From Candidatus Hydrogenedentota bacterium (lineage in GTDB: Bacteria > Hydrogenedentota > Hydrogenedentia > Hydrogenedentales > SLHB01), in contig CAXXTH010000012.1 in the NCBI GenBank assembly GCA_963668025.2, positions 136,626 through 200,625 of the forward strand: DNA of 64,000 nt, read 5' to 3'. Below are positions 59,377 to 64,000 of this stretch, one piece after another (the stretch's first letter is position 1; each line of letters starts with the position of its first letter). Under the pieces are notes generated by a model, which ran no database searches, was not told the origin of the DNA, and was given only the letters and a program-made list of their open reading frames with translations. The translations under genes and the position numbers were made by a program.

Positions 59377-59752
59377 GAGGGTGCGGATTTCGTTTGAATG
59401 CCCGTTTTCGGCTTTATAACGATATAGATTCACACGGAGCATTTTGGGAAAATCCCTTTAGCGGGGAGACGATGGAATTAGATTTAGCGCAATGAATAAC
59501 GAATTCACGATTCATGAATACACCTGAATGAATCTCACGCAATCCGGATTAGAATACGGATGCCCAAGTGTTCGATAGTAGATGACTTTTTACCAGAAGC
59601 GTTGTAACATATGAGCGGAAGGCATGCACTGATTCATTGAAAGCTGAGGAAAGAGTATAGCTGGCGCGAAGAGGCTAAAATTCGAATGGATGTCCTAACG
59701 CAAACGCCTGGGGCGTACTTTCTCGTGCAATGCGCGCGAAAGGAGTTGGTGT

Positions 59753-60346
59753 TTGCTTATGGGACAAAGTGCAACCCTGCCCAGCATGGATAACGTGGAT
59801 GATGCGGATATCCGGGCGAGTCTAGCGGGCGAAGAAGGTGCGTTTGCCCGGCTGGTGGCGCGCTACCAGTCTCAGATCTCAGCCCAAATGTGGCGTTTTA
59901 CACGAGATCGCCGCGTGCTCGATGAACTCGTGCAAGACGTATTTGTCGAGGTGTTTTTAAGCCTCCACCGGTATCGAGGCAAAGCGCCGCTGCTCCATTG
60001 GATCCGGCGCATCGCCACACGAGTCGGGTACCGGCATTGGAAGCATGAACAACGTGCGCGCCGGCAGCGGGAATTGATCGAGCAGGAATCCATCCGCTGG
60101 CCCTCGAGCATGGAACGCGCCACGCCTTCCGAGGCGGCGGAAGTATTATACCAAGTGCTCGAACGCCTGGCGCCCAAAGATCGCCTTGTATTGACGCTGT
60201 ATTATTTTGAAGGTTGTAGCAGCCGTGAAATCGCGGAACAGGCTGGATGGAGCCCGACCCTGGTGCGAGTGCGCATGCATCGCGCCCAGAAACGGCTGCG
60301 CGGCATGTTGTGTGGCATGAATCAAAGGATAGCTGGCGATGAATGA
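59753..60346 (+). CDS. ECF RNA polymerase sigma factor
   Basis: AF..LV.RY, ELVQDVF, W..RIA and L.Y.EG.S..EIA..G.S...V..R.HRA motifs. Start uncertain. Confidence 0.92.
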   Translation: MLMGQSATLPSMDNVDDADIRASLAGEEGAFARLVARYQSQISAQMWRFTRDRRVLDELVQDVFVEVFLSLHRYRGKAPLLHWIRRIATRVGYRHWKHEQRARRQRELIEQESIRWPSSMERATPSEAAEVLYQVLERLAPKDRLVLTLYYFEGCSSREIAEQAGWSPTLVRVRMHRAQKRLRGMLCGMNQRIAGDE

Positions 60347-60605
60347 TCCATTGAAAATGCTCGAAACACTGGCGTTGCGCGCCAGGCAGGAAGAGGCCCC
60401 GTGCGGATGCGTATCCATTGAGGCTATATGCCGCATCGAGGACGAACTCGGTTCTCCCGAAGCGCCATTAACCGTCTTTGCAGCCGCTGCGGCGCTCATT
60501 GCCGTAGCCATACTCGTATCGCTCGTGATTCCCATATCGGGAACCAGCGCTTCCTCAGACGTTTTATCGGCGTTCTTCGAAGTGGCGTCCTTGCGCATCC
60601 AATAA
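60339..60605 (+). CDS. Small single-TM protein, probable anti-sigma factor
   Basis: Overlaps the sigma stop; one hydrophobic segment. Confidence 0.65.
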   Translation: MNDPLKMLETLALRARQEEAPCGCVSIEAICRIEDELGSPEAPLTVFAAAAALIAVAILVSLVIPISGTSASSDVLSAFFEVASLRIQ

Positions 60606-60616
60606 GGAGAACGGCC

Positions 60617-61174
60617 ATGGGCAACAGTGAACAGGAACACAGCCAGGAACGGCTGCACCGGCTCAAAGTGCGGCAGTGGGTGCGCATGTGTATCCTGGGA
60701 TTCATTATCCTGCTTTGCGGCGGAGCCATGGGCAGCGCCGCAACCATTTGGTGGATGACACATTTCCGCGGCCCCATGTTCCCTCCTCCTCCCGGCAACA
60801 TGCCCCACATGCTCACGGAGCAATTATCCTACGAATTGGGCTTGAGCAATGAACAATATGAAAAAGTCCTCGCCATCTTCGAAGATTCTCATAACCGCCT
60901 CGAAGCATTGCGCGCCCAAGTGCAGCCCGGAATGGATCAAGAAATGGAAAAAGTGCGCAAAGAAATTGACGCACTCCTGACGCCAGAGCAACAAGAGACC
61001 TGGCGGCAGCGCTTCGATGAGATGCAAAACCATATGCACCCCAATCAAAACTCTGATGGCCCTCATAATGGACCTCCTGATGGTCCCTTGCCAGGTTTCG
61101 GCCCCGGTCCCGGTCCGGAACCTGGTATGTTCCCAGGCCCCCCCGTCTCGCATAAAGAGCAAGCCGGCAACTAA
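60617..61174 (+). CDS. Membrane-anchored Spy/CpxP-like periplasmic protein with Pro-rich tail
   Basis: AAGGAG SD; TM segment; LGLSNEQ...LLTPEQ (LTxxQ) motifs. Confidence 0.8.
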   Translation: MGNSEQEHSQERLHRLKVRQWVRMCILGFIILLCGGAMGSAATIWWMTHFRGPMFPPPPGNMPHMLTEQLSYELGLSNEQYEKVLAIFEDSHNRLEALRAQVQPGMDQEMEKVRKEIDALLTPEQQETWRQRFDEMQNHMHPNQNSDGPHNGPPDGPLPGFGPGPGPEPGMFPGPPVSHKEQAGN

Positions 61175-61305
61175 TCACGACGCGACATGCCACTATCTGG
61201 CAAAACGATGTTTTCTTGCGAAGATTTTCTGTGTAAACCAATGTATATTAGCTGGTTAGGACCTGTGATTTTTACATAGTATCTTGGTGGATATATCCTT
61301 TGAAC

Positions 61306-61422
61306 GGTGGGGCAAGCTCCACCCTACAAATTTTAGTGTATTTAGTGTATTTAGTGGTCTCAAAATCCGGCTCTTTGGTTGCGGCTACGCTGCGCTAAGT
61401 TCATTCGCGTCTATTCGCGGTC
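61306..61422. repeat. Cluster of short repeats and palindromes
   Basis: GGTGGGGCAAGCTCCACCCTAC; (TTAGTGTAT)x2-TTAGTGG; AAAATCCGGCTCTTTGGTTGCGGCTACGCTGCGCTA (as at 37054); ATTCGCGTCTATTCGCGG. Confidence 0.7.
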
Positions 61423-61479
61423 CAGATACACCAATGCTTTTGCTCCCGATGGATCCCGGGATTATGCTCATCCTGGCAC

Positions 61480-62250
61480 ACCCTGGACCCGGTTCGGGCT
61501 AAAGGCGAACGGAGCGCGGAATTCATCATCTCGGATTATTTCTTCGCCCGTGGACATGGTTTTCTCACAAACAACGATCCTAAACAAGCGATGACTGCCT
61601 TTGATACCGCAGTTGAGGTGGCAGGCCATACGAAGGATTCGTATAACAACGTGGCCACGGCTTGTGCGGAAGCAGCTTTCACAAACGAAGCCGCTAAATA
61701 CTATTCGCTCGCCCTCAAGGTGGACCCCAAGTATGAGTCCGCGTTGCGTAATCTGGCGAAGCTACGGTTGCAACAAAAGGAATACGAACAAAGCATCGCG
61801 CTGCTGGGCCGGGTGCTTGAAATACGGCGGGGCGATCCCGAGGCGCATTGGCTGCTCATTCGCTGCTACCGCGATCGTGGCACCCCTGACGACGCCTTGG
61901 CGTTACTGGGCAAAATGGCCCAAGCGCAGCCAAATGACGCCCGAGTCTACCGGGAAATGGGGCTCATTTATCTCCAAGACAAACACAACAACACCATGGC
62001 GCAGCGGTTCATTACCCAATCGCTCACGCTTGATCCCACGCAAGAGGATCTGCAAGCGCTCATCTCTCAGACTACACAGCAGGACGACTCTCCCCAGTTC
62101 CCCGGCATGGACAACGATTTGCCACAAGCGCCTAATATAAATGCGGCGATGCCCAATATCCCAGCGATGCCCCAAATGCCCAATATACCGGCGATGCCTT
62201 CCATGCCTGGCAATCTACCGGGAAGCAATCCCATGATACCCGGACAATAA
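61480..62250 (+). pseudogene. TPR-repeat protein, probably a 5'-truncated remnant (ORF track 61591-62250)
   Basis: TPR consensus repeats. The frame stays open and TPR-like upstream of the ATG (SAEFIISDYFFARGHGFLTNNDPKQA|M); no SD; in-frame stop at 61396-61398. Confidence 0.55.
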
Positions 62251-62348
62251 GGGAGTAGCGAAAAGACAAGTTACGATTTTTCCGTTCTCTGCGCAAATGT
62301 AATTCGCCTTTAATCTCAGACAAAGACATCTCTACTGGAAGACTTTTA

Positions 62349-63876
62349 GTAACACTTTAGCCGTCTGGCGCAACCATAAGTAGCGTTTCGGTATAATATA
62401 GTTACAAGATGTTGTGGTTTTGGGCCAAGACGCCATGGCGACGGCAATAAGTGGCATTCCATTGGGACCGCTGCTCTCGGAGGAGCAAGCCCGAGCGATC
62501 TACGCATTGGGCGAAGATGCCGTGGTGTTTGCCCTGTTGGCGCAATCCAAGCTGCTGTCGGAGCAGCAGGCCGAGGCGGCGTTCACTTCCCACCAAACGC
62601 CCTCCACCCCTTCGGGCATGCAGCCAGTTTACGGGAAACCCCAGACGCCTGTGCGCGGCAAGAAAAAGCCGGGACGCAAGATGGGCCACCCCGGCAGCCG
62701 GCGCGTGCCGCCCGAACGTATCGACCGGCGTGAAACACACCGCACCAAGGTGTGTCCCGACTGCGGCGGGCCGCTGGACCGCCGCGCGGAGACCCGCACG
62801 CGCTACACCGAAGACATACCCGAAGGCATCCGTCCGGAAATCACCGAGCATACCATTCACCGCGACTGGTGTCCGCGATGCAAGAAGAAAGTCGAGCCGG
62901 TTGTGGCGGCGGCCTTGCCGGGCGCGACCCTGGGCAACCGGGTGCTGGTCCTCAGCGCGTGGCTGCACTATGTGTTGGGCAACACGCTTTCGCAAATCGT
63001 GGAGGTCTTCGATTTCCACCTGCTTTTCCAGGTCACGCCGGGCGGGCTGCTGCACATGTGGCGCAGGCTGGCGGAGATTCTCCTGCCTTGGTACGAGGCC
63101 ATTCACCAGGAAGCGCTGGACTCGGCGGTGCTCAACGCCGACGAGACCGGCTGGCGCGTGAATGGCAAGACCCGATGGCTGTGGTGTTTCGCCACCAAAG
63201 GGCTGAGCTTTTTCCTGATCGACCATTCGCGGGGGAGTCCGGCGCTCCAGCAGTTCTTCACGCGGGAATTCGCCGGAACGCTGGTGGCCGACTTCTGGGC
63301 CGCGTACAACGCCGTGGCGTGCGCCGCCCGGCAGAAGTGCCTCGTGCATTTGTTGCGCGAACTCGAGCACGTGGAGAAATACAAATCGCCCAGCCCGGCC
63401 TGGCCCGCCTTCGCCAAAAAGCTGCGCCGCCTGATTGCCGACGCCATCCGGCTGTGGCGGCGGCGCGGCGAGCTCGAACCGGAGGCGTACGACTCGCGCC
63501 GCGCGCGCTTCGCCCGGCGCTTGCGGGACTTGTGCGATACGCCCTGGGAGGACGCCAACACCAAGCGCCTCATAAAAAGGCTGCGCCGACACCAGGATGA
63601 ACTCTTCACTTTTCTCGGCCAATCAGATGTTCCCTTCGACAACAACTTGGCGGAACGCTCCATCCGTCCTGCCGTTATCCTGCGCAAAAACAGTTACTGC
63701 AACCGCAGCGACCAAGGAGCCGCCATACAAGCGGTGCTCATGAGCGTCTTCTTTACTTTGAAAAAACGCGGGCAAAACCCCGTCTGCACCGTCTGCAACG
63801 CCCTGGTCCACTACCTCAACACCGGCCAATTGCCTCCCCTGCCACCGGAAAACACTTCAGTCGGCTAAAGTGTTAC
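62349..63876 (+). mobile_element. Complete IS66-family element, single-ORF (ISBst12-like), 1528 bp
   Basis: Terminal inverted repeats GTAACACTTTAGCCG(T/A)CTG, 18/19; 8-bp direct repeat GACTTTTA at 62341-62348 and 63877-63884. Confidence 0.95.
62414..63868 (+). CDS. tnpC: IS66-family DDE transposase
   Basis: CPDCG / CPRC zinc finger, ADETGW, W.W.F, LVADF..AY, QKCLVHLLR and DNNLAER.IR motifs. The stop codon lies inside the right TIR. Alternative start ATG 62435. Confidence 0.95.
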   Translation: MVLGQDAMATAISGIPLGPLLSEEQARAIYALGEDAVVFALLAQSKLLSEQQAEAAFTSHQTPSTPSGMQPVYGKPQTPVRGKKKPGRKMGHPGSRRVPPERIDRRETHRTKVCPDCGGPLDRRAETRTRYTEDIPEGIRPEITEHTIHRDWCPRCKKKVEPVVAAALPGATLGNRVLVLSAWLHYVLGNTLSQIVEVFDFHLLFQVTPGGLLHMWRRLAEILLPWYEAIHQEALDSAVLNADETGWRVNGKTRWLWCFATKGLSFFLIDHSRGSPALQQFFTREFAGTLVADFWAAYNAVACAARQKCLVHLLRELEHVEKYKSPSPAWPAFAKKLRRLIADAIRLWRRRGELEPEAYDSRRARFARRLRDLCDTPWEDANTKRLIKRLRRHQDELFTFLGQSDVPFDNNLAERSIRPAVILRKNSYCNRSDQGAAIQAVLMSVFFTLKKRGQNPVCTVCNALVHYLNTGQLPPLPPENTSVG

Positions 63877-64000
63877 GACTTTTACGATTCCATGAAGTCC
63901 GATGTTTTCGACAAGACGTCCGTATAGTTGAGTTCTTGGCAAAAGTGGTAACACCATTGAGAATGTATTCCGCACAGTAGGAAGGGTGTCTCCCACGAAA

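Noticed and set aside
59600-59725. ECF autoregulatory promoter (TGTAAC or CTAAC...CGTA)
   Set aside because: The spacing and -10 match are too weak to call by eye.
62402-63622. 406-aa minus-strand ORF and alternative-frame ORFs within the IS
   Set aside because: They are shadows of the high-GC transposase and do not resemble TnpA or TnpB.

Overview
This is a GC-rich bacterial window almost entirely devoted to carbohydrate foraging, with most genes on the minus strand. The DUF1559 pilin-like paralogues and LP-hydrophobic-basic C-terminal anchors suggest Candidatus Hydrogenedentota or a PVC-related lineage (inference). Block 1 (1-14857) is an AraC-flanked operon: ADP-ribosylglycohydrolase-family protein, GH99/WbsX-like protein, two DUF1559 proteins, two LamG+GH32-like proteins and a ribose-type ABC importer. 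Block 2 (14892-36571) holds three surface-anchored proteins, GH32-like, serine hydrolase, FGGY and ROK kinases, DUF2961/GH172, a third DUF1559 protein and a GntR/LacI hybrid regulator. Block 3 (37088-58875) holds GH2, an FGGY kinase, a GH106-like enzyme, two URO-D-superfamily proteins, a second ADP-ribosylglycohydrolase, a CUT1 ABC importer and five paralogues of an unannotated secreted family. That family looks like a clan GH-A barrel whose two catalytic glutamates are replaced. The right end has an ECF sigma/anti-sigma/Spy-like triad, a 5'-truncated TPR gene and a complete 1528-bp single-ORF IS66 with an 8-bp target duplication. Intergenic DNA carries several families of palindromic repeats. 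All calls come from motif reading by eye; no searches were run.
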